Source of the DNA: Shigella phage SH7
Sequence record: KX828711
Length of the DNA stretch: 64,000 bases
Reading direction: 5' to 3' (one strand)
Positions 32,404 through 46,547 of this stretch are shown one piece after another. Numbering within the stretch: the first letter of the stretch is position 1; each line of letters opens with the position of its first letter. The position numbers and the translations under genes are program-made. The notes beneath the pieces are model-generated. The model was not told the DNA's origin. It saw nothing but the letters and a program-made list of their open reading frames with translations, and did not search any database.

Positions 32404-32738
32404 TTCATAATCACCAGATAAGCAGATTTAGCAGTTTCAACACGATAAATTTCGTGACGAAGTTTAGTTATACTTTTAATAACAGAACTAATTATATTCT
32501 GCCCGTCTTTAAAGCGGTTTTTCTTATCAATAAAAACTGCGCCAACCATCTTTTTGTGAAGCTCAACTGGATACTTCGTCACAATAATAGCATCATACAC
32601 AGAAGGATGAATACTATTCACCAGAGTATCATTCATTAAAGTTATTCTAATGAACTGTGCTGTTTCAGAATCAAGCGCTCTATGATCGCCAGTATCATTT
32701 TCAAGACAATTATCAATTATATCAGTTAAATTCATCAT
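32400..32738 (-). CDS. hypothetical protein (cd.1 position)
   Basis: 112 aa ORF. Confidence 0.55.
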   Translation of the reverse strand: MMNLTDIIDNCLENDTGDHRALDSETAQFIRITLMNDTLVNSIHPSVYDAIIVTKYPVELHKKMVGAVFIDKKNRFKDGQNIISSVIKSITKLRHEIYRVETAKSAYLVIMK

Positions 32739-32974
32739 AGTACGCCATACACCCTTTGTGCTTCAACTAATCCATCAAAATCCAGTTTAAGATGCGATAT
32801 TTGATCGCCATCACCTGGATTCACAATTACTAATACTGAACGAGGAGTTTCGGTAATAACACGAACCGATGTTTCAGGAAATCGTTCAGAAACCTTATTT
32901 ACTAATTCCTGGGCAAATAGTTTAACTTTTTCTTGGAATTCTTTAACAGTAATTGGTTTTTCACTTAGCAGCAT
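32735..32974 (-). CDS. hypothetical protein (cd.2 position)
   Basis: 79 aa ORF with AAGGAG RBS. Confidence 0.55.
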   Translation of the reverse strand: MLLSEKPITVKEFQEKVKLFAQELVNKVSERFPETSVRVITETPRSVLVIVNPGDGDQISHLKLDFDGLVEAQRVYGVL

Positions 32975-33216
32975 GTTGATCCCAGCTCCTTACTTTCAAC
33001 ATTTTTAACTAATTTGACAGAAACTAATTCAGCATCTTGGGTAATCATTACCGGACCTTCTTCATACTCTTCAAGATATTCTAGAGCTTTCTTTTTAGCT
33101 TCTTCCTTCGTATCAGTTTGAGCATAGATATAGAACATACAACCAGTAATACCTACTACTTTCCACTTAATTTCTTTATCAGTTTTAATTTCAAATTTAC
33201 TTACAGAATCATCTTT

Positions 33217-33495
33217 TCAAACTTCTTCGAAAAAAGAATATTCTAACATATAAGCAATTGAAAATAACGGGCTAACTTTATAGGATTCACCCATTACATC
33301 AACAGCTTTATACCAACAATCATCAATTTCGCGTTTAATGCTAATAACATTTTTCGCAGGATCTATTTTTACTTTAAATGAATTTTCTCCAATAAACTGA
33401 GCAATTCGTTTATTAGCCCCGCAAGTTTCATTAAAAATATCTTTATATCCAGCTTTAAAGCGATAAACCTTATCTTCTTCAAACCATTCGCTCAT
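33217..33495 (-). CDS. hypothetical protein; in-frame open continuation beyond its TGA stop (see findings)
   Basis: 92 aa ORF; 80 further sense codons follow the TGA in the same frame. Confidence 0.5.
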   Translation of the reverse strand: MSEWFEEDKVYRFKAGYKDIFNETCGANKRIAQFIGENSFKVKIDPAKNVISIKREIDDCWYKAVDVMGESYKVSPLFSIAYMLEYSFFEEV

Positions 33496-33557
33496 TTCAA
33501 TTTCCTCGTTTGTTTTGGTAGAGCTATAATATCACAACTCTACCGTAAAGTAAACTA

Positions 33558-33833
33558 TTAAATTGCTTTGAATTCTGCTGTCTGCGATTCAAAACGAATA
33601 TCGCCTTTGATAACTAGCTCAGCATCAAGACCGAATACAACAATGATATGCGCGGAACCTGGATACAACGTAATGGCAATAGAATCCACCTGATCTGGAA
33701 GCAAAGTATTCAATACATGAGTCACTTGAGCATGAATTCGAAGCTCAGCTGCGTTATCAAGTTTTTCAAACATATTATTAGCGATAATTTGGCTAAACAC
33801 TACTTCTACGATTTTAGAGTAAGTCGGAAACAT
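33558..33833 (-). CDS. hypothetical protein
   Basis: 91 aa ORF. Confidence 0.5.
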   Translation of the reverse strand: MFPTYSKIVEVVFSQIIANNMFEKLDNAAELRIHAQVTHVLNTLLPDQVDSIAITLYPGSAHIIVVFGLDAELVIKGDIRFESQTAEFKAI

Positions 33834-33835
33834 AT

Positions 33836-34028
33836 TTACCTCACATAATTTTCTTCAAGCCAATCAATAACATCCAAAGCGTTATCAAAAGTTGAACCAT
33901 CTACTCTGTCTTCTGTTTCATAATCAAGAACATCTAAGCCTACTCTTCCATCAACAATAGGCCATAAACAAAATAGATATTTCTTTTCTTTTTCAATTTT
34001 ATCACAAAGATGATAAATCTTTTCTAGG

Positions 34029-34036
<8 letters not shown>
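33836..34036 (-). CDS. hypothetical protein
   Basis: 66 aa ORF. Confidence 0.5.
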
Positions 34037-35426
<1,390 letters not shown>

Positions 35427-35430
<4 letters not shown>

Positions 35431-35657
35431 TTATTTTTCTCAACTAATGATTGAATATAATCATGCAGGTCTTTAGATGCTTTACCCCACTTATTTTGGT
35501 ATTCATTTTTAAGATTAGCACGTGATTGAGCTAATAAAACATCATTAGTTGGAGGTAAAGATTCTAACCGCTGAATCTGACGTCCATAAATCATTGCAGC
35601 CATCTCGGATTCATAAATCAATCCTTTGAGATGTTCAAATTGATGACATGAAATCAT
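35427..35657 (-). CDS. hypothetical protein
   Basis: 76 aa ORF. Confidence 0.5.
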
Positions 35658-35953
35658 TTACATTTATCCTCTTTTAGCTCTTGACGATAATAACATATCA
35701 TAGTTTTCTGATCATGTACATATCGTTTTACATCATTAAGCCAAATACGAAATTCCTGAGAATCTTCAAATGGCATACCGACCCAAGCTTTACCATCGAT
35801 AACTTTAACTTGCCAAGATAATTTAGCTTCGTCATATGACTTTATTTGTACAGGCCAATTAGGATGAACTGTTTCTTTCTTTACTTCTAGAGGCTTTGTC
35901 GAACAACCAGCTAGAAGACCAATGGATAATATTACTGCTGATAGTTTAATCAT
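35654..35953 (-). CDS. outer-membrane lipoprotein, probable o-spanin
   Basis: Signal peptide with lipobox LLAGC; C-terminal cysteines; adjacent to TM/coiled-coil partner. Confidence 0.65.
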   Translation of the reverse strand: MIKLSAVILSIGLLAGCSTKPLEVKKETVHPNWPVQIKSYDEAKLSWQVKVIDGKAWVGMPFEDSQEFRIWLNDVKRYVHDQKTMICYYRQELKEDKCK

Positions 35954-36303
35954 TTAGAAAGGTCCTGGATGTCTTCTGCGAACTTGTTGAAGGAGTTGTT
36001 GATTTGTTTTTCAACCAATCCTGGCTTATGAGCCACCACATCCGCCTTCTTTGCGTCTTTGCGCAGCTTTTCATTTTCACGCTCAATAGCAGCAATTGCC
36101 TCACGATTTTTAGTATTCATCGCATCAATATAATTATACTGAATTCGCAAATTATTTAATGCTAAAGCGTTTTCATTGGCCGTTTTTGTAATTTCTACAA
36201 CAGACGTTTCTAATCTTTCTACCTTATTTTTTAAAATAATAGATGTTCCGCCCAATGCTATTACAATTAATAGCAAACCTGCTGTCGTATTACTTAATTG
36301 CAT
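35950..36303 (-). CDS. N-terminal TM helix plus coiled-coil protein, probable i-spanin
   Basis: AGLLLIVIALGGTSIIL hydrophobic segment then K/E-rich helical region. Confidence 0.65.
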   Translation of the reverse strand: MQLSNTTAGLLLIVIALGGTSIILKNKVERLETSVVEITKTANENALALNNLRIQYNYIDAMNTKNREAIAAIERENEKLRKDAKKADVVAHKPGLVEKQINNSFNKFAEDIQDLSK

Positions 36304-36800
36304 AAAGTTTTAATAACCTCTACAATATCGTCTTGAGAAAGACCGTTAATTAAAATATGATGTTCAGCCGGAGATTTAGAAATTTTAAAGCATGCCTCAA
36401 CATCTTCTGCCATATCCGATGCGCTACGATTTGGATTACTAATTCCAAGGCGGTGTTTTCCCGTCAAAGGATTAACAATAATGTAGCATTTACAGCTATT
36501 GATATGAACATTAGGCTGAGTCTGATTAATGAATACTTCACAATCGTATTTCGCAAGCTGATTTTCTAAAAAGACTTTCATCTCCTCAACTGCATCAGGA
36601 AGCATATCACGGGCTTGCTCAAGACGACGATTTCGATATTCTTTAATGGTCGTTTTCCGCTTGACTTGCTTTGCTAAATCTTTCTTAAGATCAGTGATAT
36701 ATCCAACTCGACGATTTCCTTTGAATACAGAAATCCCATCTGTAGTATCACCGTATGCTTCAACGACCATTTCAGTAGTAATAAGCTGTAAATCCATCAT
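36294..36800 (-). CDS. alc: Alc (host transcription unfolding/termination on dC-DNA), by position
   Basis: 168 aa ORF between spanin genes and rnlA. Confidence 0.65.
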   Translation of the reverse strand: MMDLQLITTEMVVEAYGDTTDGISVFKGNRRVGYITDLKKDLAKQVKRKTTIKEYRNRRLEQARDMLPDAVEEMKVFLENQLAKYDCEVFINQTQPNVHINSCKCYIIVNPLTGKHRLGISNPNRSASDMAEDVEACFKISKSPAEHHILINGLSQDDIVEVIKTLCN

Positions 36801-36805
36801 AAAGT

Positions 36806-36859
36806 CCTCATGTTATGTCAGTAAGACTACTATAACACAACATGAGGGACTTGTAAACA
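36806..36859 (-). promoter_or_regulatory. early promoter cassette, copy 2 of the 54 bp repeat
   Basis: Identical to 21037-21090 except one base. Confidence 0.55.
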
Positions 36860-36861
36860 GC

Positions 36862-38449
<1,588 letters not shown>

Positions 38450-38476
38450 AATAAAATGGGCCTTACGGCCCACTCC

Positions 38477-39655
38477 TTAAAAATATTTTTTAAAACTCAT
38501 CATAACTTTATCATCAACATCATTATCAATCTGTGCAACAAGGTAAGATGACAGTTCTACTTCTTGTGGCGCGGATTGAACATTATCAGAATTAAGATAT
38601 TCACGAATCCAAGGATATGGATGTTTAACCGGAGCATCGGTAATTGGGCATGGAAGACCACACTGTTTCATACGAGATACAGTTAAGTAATCAATAAAGC
38701 TCCACATGCTATTTGTATTTAATCCAGGAACATCGCCATCTTTAAATAAATGAACTGCCCAATCTTTTTCTTGGCGGTTAACTTCCATGAAAATATCAAC
38801 TGCTTCTTGTTCACACTCTTGAGCAATTTTAACCCATTCATCACCATCAGTACCGGATTGAAGTTGACGAATAATATATTGAGTGCCTTTAAGGTGAAGC
38901 TGCTCATCACGTGCAATGAACTTCATAATCTTGGCATTACCTTCCATGATTTCCATGTTCTTATGGAAGTTAAAGGTACATGCGAAAGATACATAAAAAC
39001 GAATAGCTTCTAGGGCATTAATAACGTGCAAACAGAGGTAAAGAGAACGCATTAGTTCGTATTTGCATTCTTCTACATGCATAAGGCTATTTGAATATGC
39101 GTCCAAATCATATTCATTCTCTGAAAAACACCTAAAAATTTCTTTTGCGTTTTCCCATTCACGAGTTTTCTCAATAACATCATCATAATAACGACCAATA
39201 GATTCAGCACGTTTCATGATAGCTTTATCTAATACAATCTCATCAAATACCTTCGATGGATCAGTATAAAGATTTCGCATGATATGTGTATATGAACGGC
39301 TGTGAATAGTTTCACTAAAAGTCCACGTAGCAACCCATGTATCAAGGCTCGGGTCTGAAATTAATGACATAAGTACAGCAGACGGTGCACGACCCTGAAT
39401 GCTATCCAAAAGTGATTGATACTTCAGGTTATTAGTAAAAATATTTTGCTGATACTGAGGAAGCTTATTAAACTGTGCAGCATCCATCATTAAGTTTACT
39501 TCTTCAGGACGCCAGAAAAATGATAATTGCTTTTCGGTCAAATCTTCAAAAACTTTATGGCGTTGAATATCATAACGCGCAATACCAAGACCTGAACCGA
39601 AGAACATAGGTTCTTTTAAAACATCAACTGGATTTGTATTAAAAACTGTAGACAT
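38477..39655 (-). CDS. nrdB: ribonucleotide reductase small subunit NrdB (intronless)
   Basis: Continuous ORF; start MSTVFNTNPVD with GAGGAAAA RBS; TAATG overlap with upstream HNH gene. Confidence 0.93.
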   Translation of the reverse strand: MSTVFNTNPVDVLKEPMFFGSGLGIARYDIQRHKVFEDLTEKQLSFFWRPEEVNLMMDAAQFNKLPQYQQNIFTNNLKYQSLLDSIQGRAPSAVLMSLISDPSLDTWVATWTFSETIHSRSYTHIMRNLYTDPSKVFDEIVLDKAIMKRAESIGRYYDDVIEKTREWENAKEIFRCFSENEYDLDAYSNSLMHVEECKYELMRSLYLCLHVINALEAIRFYVSFACTFNFHKNMEIMEGNAKIMKFIARDEQLHLKGTQYIIRQLQSGTDGDEWVKIAQECEQEAVDIFMEVNRQEKDWAVHLFKDGDVPGLNTNSMWSFIDYLTVSRMKQCGLPCPITDAPVKHPYPWIREYLNSDNVQSAPQEVELSSYLVAQIDNDVDDKVMMSFKKYF

Positions 39656-40386
39656 TAATTTTTCCTCTTTAAAATTCTGCCGTGTTTCCAACCTGGCGGT
39701 ATAATATCATCTTTACCTATAAGCGTGCATTCACTTCCATTATTAATCCATTTCTTACCGCGGATTCCTTTATAATCTCTTGGTTTTATTTTGTCAAACT
39801 TTGCATCAAGTTGATATGACCATCTAAATCCATAAGCATATTGAAATTTACCCTCGGCACAATATTTGATATTTGACCCGTTTCCATTAACTGACCGGGA
39901 CGCTGCCGCAATAGAGTGAAAGGTTTCTATGAAATCCCCATCTAATGAGAATTTATGTATTTCTACAGATGGGCACGCATATCTATTCACGTTAGATACA
40001 TGCTGTTTAGTTTCGTTTTTATGATGCTTGCCTAGCATCCCTTTAGGATGAGGATTATTTTTCCAATATTTCTTAAAGAACTCAGAATTAGCTTTAGCAA
40101 ATAATTTTCTGTGTAAGCTGTACAATCTGTTATTAATTCTATTGCCAGCTTTATCTGTTGCCATTAACGTTAACGCAGAGGCAAGACCAAAATGACCTTC
40201 ATTTATCTTACATAGTAATAGATGAGCTATAAAATGTTCTCTGGCTGTTAATTCAACTAAATTTTCCTTATCATCAGAACCTCCCATACATTTAGGGATT
40301 ATATGATGTGTCTCTTTATATTCTAGTAAAGATTCCCGAGCCTGAGCTCGGGAAATTAGGTCGTTATAGATTTTTTGATAATTCAT
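39655..40386 (-). mobile_element. free-standing HNH homing endonuclease (mobE-like) between nrdA and nrdB
   Basis: 243 aa; HNH motif HHIIPKCMGGSDDKENLVELTAREHFIAH; C-terminal CAEGK...YGFRW DNA-binding-type motif. Confidence 0.85.
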
Positions 40387-42650
40387 TACAATTTACACGC
40401 TGCGCAATCATCGGCTTTTGGAGTTTCTATTTCATAATCATCAGTACCGGAACCATCACGAGTATTATGATAATAGAAGTTTTTAATGCCATAATACCAT
40501 CCGTATAGCATGTCATCAATCATTACAGACATTGGAACCTTTCCTTTTGGAAAAATCTGCGGGTCATAATATGTATTCGCTGAAGCTGATTGACATACCC
40601 ATTTAAGCATAATAGCTACCTGCGTAAGATAAGGTTTATTACCTTTCTTAGCTAATTTCCACGTATAATCATATAGGTCTATGTTATGCTCAATATTGGG
40701 CACGACTTGATTAAAGGAACCCTCTTTTGATTCTTTAACAGAGACTGGTCCACGTGGAGGCTCGATACCGTTTGTACTGTTAGAAACTTGGGAAGATGAC
40801 TCACATGGCATAAGTGCTGATAATGTGCTATTACGGATGCCAAAGAGCTTAAGGTCTTCCCGCAGCGACGACCAGTCACAAACGTATTTTGGAGCTGCGA
40901 TTTGGTCAATCTTTTTATTGTACCAGTCGATAGGTAATTCGCCTCGAGACCAACGAGTGTCTGAATAATATTCGCAAGGTCCTTTTTCTTTGGCGAGCTT
41001 AATGGATGCTTTAATGAGTCCATACTGTAGTCTCTCAAATAGTTCATGTGTTAAATCGTTAGCATCTTCATAAGAAGCAAAATTACTTGCCAGCCAAGCT
41101 GCATAGTTAGTAACACCTACGCCAAGGTTTCGACGCTTTTTAGCTTTTTCTGCTTCAGGAACTGGATATCCTTGGTAGTCCAAAAGATTATCAAGAGCAC
41201 GAACTTGGACTTCTGCTAATTCATTAATTTTATCTTGGTCTTGCCAATCGAAGTTATCCAACACAAATGCAGATAACGTGCACAATCCAATTTCAGCATC
41301 AGGACTATTCACATCATTTGTTGGAATAGCAATTTCACAACACAAGTTACTCTGGCGAATAGGTGCCTTTTCGCGAATAAACGGAGTATAGTTATTCGTA
41401 TTATCAATGAACTGCACATAAATCCTTGCTGTTCCTGAGCGTTCAGTCATGAGTAATTCAAACAGTTCACGGGCTTTAATACGCTTTTTACGAATATTAG
41501 GGTCTTTTTCTGCGGCTTCGTATAATTCGCGGAAACGGTCTTGGTCTTTAAAATAAGAATAATAAAGTTCGCCACCCATTTCATGTGGACTGAACAAAGT
41601 AATGTAATCATTCTTTCCGAATCGTTCCATCATCAAATCATTCAGTTGAACGCCATAATCCATATGACGGATACGGTTTTCTTCTACGCCTTTGTTATTT
41701 TTCAAAACGAGAAGATTTTCAACTTCCAAATGCCAAATAGGATAATAAGCAGTAGCAGCGCCGCCACGAATTCCGCCCTGTGAGCATGATTTAACAGCAG
41801 TCTGAAAATGTTTCCAAAAAGGAATAACACCGGTATGGCGTACTTCACCTGTGCCAATCTTAGAACCTTCAGCACGAATCATACCAACGTTAATACCAAT
41901 TCCAGCACGTTTGGAGATATATTCAACAATCGAAGCGGAAGCCTTATTGATAGACTTTAATGAATCACCTGCCTCAATAACAACGCATGAACTAAACTGC
42001 CGAGTTGGAGTACGGCAACCAGCCATAATAGGGGTTGGCAGTGAAATCTGTCGAGTAGATACTGCTTCATAAAAACGAATAACATGTTTTAATCTATCAA
42101 CAGGTTCATCTTGATGCAATGCCATTCCAATAGTCATAAATGCAAACTGTGGAGTTTCATAAATTTGACCAGTGGTTTTATCTTTAACTAGATATTTTTC
42201 TTTTAATTGCATCGCCCCGGAATAAGTAAATTCCATATCCCGTTCATGCTTAATTTTTGATTCTAAAAATGTAATTTCTTCTGCTGAATATTTTGACAAC
42301 AATTCAGGGTCATATTTACCTTCATTTACGCAGTAAGAAATATGGTCAATAAATGAACGTGGTTCATACTGTCCATAAACATGCTTACGAAGAGCGAACA
42401 TTAAACAGCGTGCAGCTACGTATTGATAATCAGGCTCTTCAACTGAAATAGAATTCGCAGCAGCCTTAATTACAATGGTTTGAATGTCATCAGTTGTCAT
42501 TCCATCACGGAGATATGATTTAATATTTTCATATAATTCATAAGGATCTACAGATGTTCCTTCAGCTGCCCAAGATAAAACTTTAATAATTTTTTGTGGG
42601 TCAAAGCTCTGAGAAACACCACTACTTTTGATAACATTAATTAATTGCAT
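40386..42650 (-). CDS. nrdA: ribonucleotide reductase large subunit NrdA
   Basis: 754 aa (T4 NrdA length); ATP-cone N-terminus. Confidence 0.96.
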   Translation of the reverse strand: MQLINVIKSSGVSQSFDPQKIIKVLSWAAEGTSVDPYELYENIKSYLRDGMTTDDIQTIVIKAAANSISVEEPDYQYVAARCLMFALRKHVYGQYEPRSFIDHISYCVNEGKYDPELLSKYSAEEITFLESKIKHERDMEFTYSGAMQLKEKYLVKDKTTGQIYETPQFAFMTIGMALHQDEPVDRLKHVIRFYEAVSTRQISLPTPIMAGCRTPTRQFSSCVVIEAGDSLKSINKASASIVEYISKRAGIGINVGMIRAEGSKIGTGEVRHTGVIPFWKHFQTAVKSCSQGGIRGGAATAYYPIWHLEVENLLVLKNNKGVEENRIRHMDYGVQLNDLMMERFGKNDYITLFSPHEMGGELYYSYFKDQDRFRELYEAAEKDPNIRKKRIKARELFELLMTERSGTARIYVQFIDNTNNYTPFIREKAPIRQSNLCCEIAIPTNDVNSPDAEIGLCTLSAFVLDNFDWQDQDKINELAEVQVRALDNLLDYQGYPVPEAEKAKKRRNLGVGVTNYAAWLASNFASYEDANDLTHELFERLQYGLIKASIKLAKEKGPCEYYSDTRWSRGELPIDWYNKKIDQIAAPKYVCDWSSLREDLKLFGIRNSTLSALMPCESSSQVSNSTNGIEPPRGPVSVKESKEGSFNQVVPNIEHNIDLYDYTWKLAKKGNKPYLTQVAIMLKWVCQSASANTYYDPQIFPKGKVPMSVMIDDMLYGWYYGIKNFYYHNTRDGSGTDDYEIETPKADDCAACKL

Positions 42651-42967
42651 AAGTCCTCAACTTGAAAATCGTCTTTAAACAATCGGTTAACTATATGAGC
42701 TATTATATCACCATGACACGGCTTCGGTTTACATGTGCATCCTAGCCTCATTCCACGTAAAGGCTCTAAATGTGCTTTAGTTATTTCTCCGGATTTAATT
42801 CGACGTATAAAATCTTTTTTGAATAATTCAATGGCAGCCTCCCGGCTGCCAGCATCTTTACCGACGTAATTTCCCCAAAATGTACCACGGTGAATATTAA
42901 CATCAAAGTCGGATTTATATTTATTCACTACCTGGCATAGACGGCCCGCGCGGTGATAATTCGTCAT
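42641..42967 (-). CDS. hypothetical protein with CxC/CH cysteine cluster (nrdA.1 position)
   Basis: 108 aa; [13 protein letters not shown] motif. Confidence 0.55.
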   Translation of the reverse strand: MTNYHRAGRLCQVVNKYKSDFDVNIHRGTFWGNYVGKDAGSREAAIELFKKDFIRRIKSGEITKAHLEPLRGMRLGCTCKPKPCHGDIIAHIVNRLFKDDFQVEDLCN

Positions 42968-43196
42968 ATTGTTGTTCCGTTAAAACAGTAATATCATAAT
43001 AACAATCAGAAGAAGTTTTAACTGTGGAAATTTTATTATCAAAATACTCACGGGTCATTTTATGAGTATAATATTTTTTGCCATAAATGATAATAGGCTG
43101 ATTTGGTCCTGGAACTTCTAACTCACTTGGATTAGGAAGTGTAAAAAGAACGACACCAGAAGTATCTTTAAATCGTAAAATCATATATCCTCGCAA
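42921..43196 (-). CDS. hypothetical protein (nrdA.2 position)
   Basis: 91 aa ORF; start uncertain. Confidence 0.5.
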   Translation of the reverse strand: MRGYMILRFKDTSGVVLFTLPNPSELEVPGPNQPIIIYGKKYYTHKMTREYFDNKISTVKTSSDCYYDITVLTEQQYDELSPRGPSMPGSE

Positions 43197-43207
43197 TTAA
43201 ATTAAAA

Positions 43208-44068
43208 TTACACCGCCATCTTTCCTTTAATTGGCGGGTGAGATACATAGTTTTTAAGAACAAAATCATGTGGCTTTGCGAATTGACTCAACCAAAATAC
43301 CTGCGATTCTGTGTTCCATTCATCAAATTCATCTGGAAATTTTAATTGTAATTCGCATAAATCCATAGGTTCACGACGCAAAATTTCTTTACATTGTTCT
43401 ACGTGATTCATATAGATATGAGTATTACCACCAGAAAATATCAAATCTCCTGGAATAAGATTACACATCTTAGCTACAATATGAACTAACGTAGCATATG
43501 ATGCAATATTAAATGGAAGACCGAGGAAAACATCTACCGAACGTTGATACCACTGCAAATCCAAATAGCCATTACGCACATTAAACTGATAGAACATATG
43601 ACAAGGTGGTAATGCCATATATTTAAGTTCAGCTGGATTCCATGCAGAAACAATTTGACGCCTATCATTTGGTAGTTTTTTAATACGATCAACAACTTCT
43701 ATAATTTGGTCTACACCACCAAAATCGCGCCATTGTTTTCCATAAATTGGACCAAGTTCACCACTATGGTATCCTAAATCTTTTGCTTGATTTTCGTAAT
43801 TTTCATCCCAGACTGTTTTGCCTTGAATTAATGAATCATGTTGAATTAATCGCAAATCATTGACATTTGTGCTTCCCGATAAAAACCATATTAGCTCAGC
43901 AATGCAAGCTTTCCAGGCGAGCTTCTTAGTCGTTACTGCAGGAAAACCTTTAGTTAAATCCCAGCGCAATTTAGTACCGAACAAAGCAATTGTTCCTGTG
44001 CCTGTTCGGTCATCGGTTTCATAGCCATTTTCCAGGATATCTTTAATTAAAAATTGGTATTGTTTCAT
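43208..44068 (-). CDS. td: thymidylate synthase (intronless)
   Basis: Track start is TTG 44080; ATG 44068 gives MKQYQ...; continuous 286 aa ORF. Confidence 0.95.
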   Translation of the reverse strand: MKQYQFLIKDILENGYETDDRTGTGTIALFGTKLRWDLTKGFPAVTTKKLAWKACIAELIWFLSGSTNVNDLRLIQHDSLIQGKTVWDENYENQAKDLGYHSGELGPIYGKQWRDFGGVDQIIEVVDRIKKLPNDRRQIVSAWNPAELKYMALPPCHMFYQFNVRNGYLDLQWYQRSVDVFLGLPFNIASYATLVHIVAKMCNLIPGDLIFSGGNTHIYMNHVEQCKEILRREPMDLCELQLKFPDEFDEWNTESQVFWLSQFAKPHDFVLKNYVSHPPIKGKMAV

Positions 44069-45097
<1,029 letters not shown>

Positions 45098-45113
<16 letters not shown>

Positions 45114-45457
45114 TGAAAAGGGTCATGAGCATATCCGCTAGCGTCAATCATTTTAACTAAAGTTACCATTCCTCTGTTAACTGCTTGTGCGATTTCATCA
45201 AAAACTTCGTCACTATCGTCGTAAAGGTCATTAAAAAGTTCTAATACGTTCTTCTGAACTTTTAATTTACGGCCGACAATTTCGCCTACAGTAAATTCGT
45301 TTCCGCCAAATCCAGTGTAAAATGTAATTACACCCATTAACTGGCTTTCACGGGAATCTATGTCGTGTGATAAATTAATAAAAGCCGTCCCAGGCGCGGT
45401 TTTAAGTTGGCAACGAATTTTTACTTGGGTAATTCCAGTTATATGAATGTTAGACAT
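45098..45457 (-). CDS. hypothetical protein
   Basis: 119 aa ORF. Confidence 0.5.
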
Positions 45458-45467
45458 AATATTTTTC

Positions 45468-45710
45468 TCAAACAGACTTTTTCACAATTTTCCAATCAGC
45501 TTTAAACTGTTCAACGTCAGAATGGTAAATCCAGAATCCTGCGCTTTCTCCATCCTCATAAAGAGGGCATCCATCACATTCATCTTCCCATCCCATATCA
45601 CGCAAAAGACGTTCAGCTTTTTCAACAAGTTCAGAATCTTTACCGATGATATTAAAATACCATTTACCTCTAACTTCTGAATCTTTAATGCTCTGACGTT
45701 GTAATCTCAT
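45468..45710 (-). CDS. hypothetical protein
   Basis: 80 aa ORF. Confidence 0.5.
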   Translation of the reverse strand: MRLQRQSIKDSEVRGKWYFNIIGKDSELVEKAERLLRDMGWEDECDGCPLYEDGESAGFWIYHSDVEQFKADWKIVKKSV

Positions 45711-45764
45711 TTTATTCTCCTTAGTTAATAAGGCTATAGTATCACTACTATAGCCTGTTGTAAA

Positions 45765-46130
45765 CTACTTTTTGAAAGTTTTTCGCAAAATTTCAATGAT
45801 TTCATCTACATTGTTTTCGTCAACAATGCAGTGAATTTTCGTTACGCCAGAAACCTTGTCTTTAACTTCATCTTCTTCAGAAGTTGGTTCTTTATACTCA
45901 CGAAAACAATGAAATTCATCTTCGCAGACGTTAAAGTAAAAATGCTTTCCATTTGCGCATTCAATGTGTTTTATTACTTTAAATCCGTCAGCAAAGAAAG
46001 ATTCTTTAACTTCAAACCATCCGCCATTTTCTTGAATAATTTTAACTATTGATGAATTAGAACGTGGGCGATAACTAATAAATGTATCAATAAGTCTTGG
46101 AACAAGCTCATACTTTTTGCCATTATACAT
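45765..46130 (-). CDS. hypothetical Cys/His-containing protein
   Basis: 121 aa; HIECANGKHFYFNVCEDEFHC. Confidence 0.5.
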   Translation of the reverse strand: MYNGKKYELVPRLIDTFISYRPRSNSSIVKIIQENGGWFEVKESFFADGFKVIKHIECANGKHFYFNVCEDEFHCFREYKEPTSEEDEVKDKVSGVTKIHCIVDENNVDEIIEILRKTFKK

Positions 46131-46174
46131 TACGTTTTCCTCATTTTAATAGGGGCTATAAAGCCCCTTGATAA

Positions 46175-46402
46175 TTATTGTTCAATCAGTCCCATGTAAA
46201 ATTCTGCGTCTTCGGAATCCATACCATCACAATATTCATTAGCCATAAAACGAGTGAGGTCTTCAAGAGGACCTTCAATAACGATTTGAATACTCCAAAA
46301 ATTAGAATCTTGTACGCTTGTGATACTAAGTTCAGGATAACGATTACGAATAACTTCTTCAATATATTCAAAATCAACGATGTCAATATCAACTTTAGCC
46401 AT
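46175..46402 (-). CDS. hypothetical acidic protein
   Basis: Likely start MAKVDIDIV after AAAGAGGAAAA. Confidence 0.5.
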   Translation of the reverse strand: MAKVDIDIVDFEYIEEVIRNRYPELSITSVQDSNFWSIQIVIEGPLEDLTRFMANEYCDGMDSEDAEFYMGLIEQ

Positions 46403-46436
46403 ATTATTTTCCTCTTTAATCATCAGCAGTATTGCC

Positions 46437-46500
46437 GATAGTTGTATAGTACCACAGTCCTTGTGGTATGTAAACCGTTTTGTGAAAAAATTTTTGAAAT
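46437..46500 (-). promoter_or_regulatory. early promoter element (GTTTAC -35, TACTAT -10), copy 1 of a repeated intergenic cassette
   Basis: Two blocks of 22 and 37 nt identical to 63131-63199. Confidence 0.5.
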
Positions 46501-46506
46501 AAAAAA

Positions 46507-46525
46507 GGGGACCTCTAGGGTCCCC
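46507..46525 (-). terminator. hairpin terminator downstream of gene 32
   Basis: ggggacc / ggtcccc stem, 5 nt loop, U-run follows on minus strand. Confidence 0.65.
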
Positions 46526-46547
46526 AATTAATTAGTAATATAATCTA

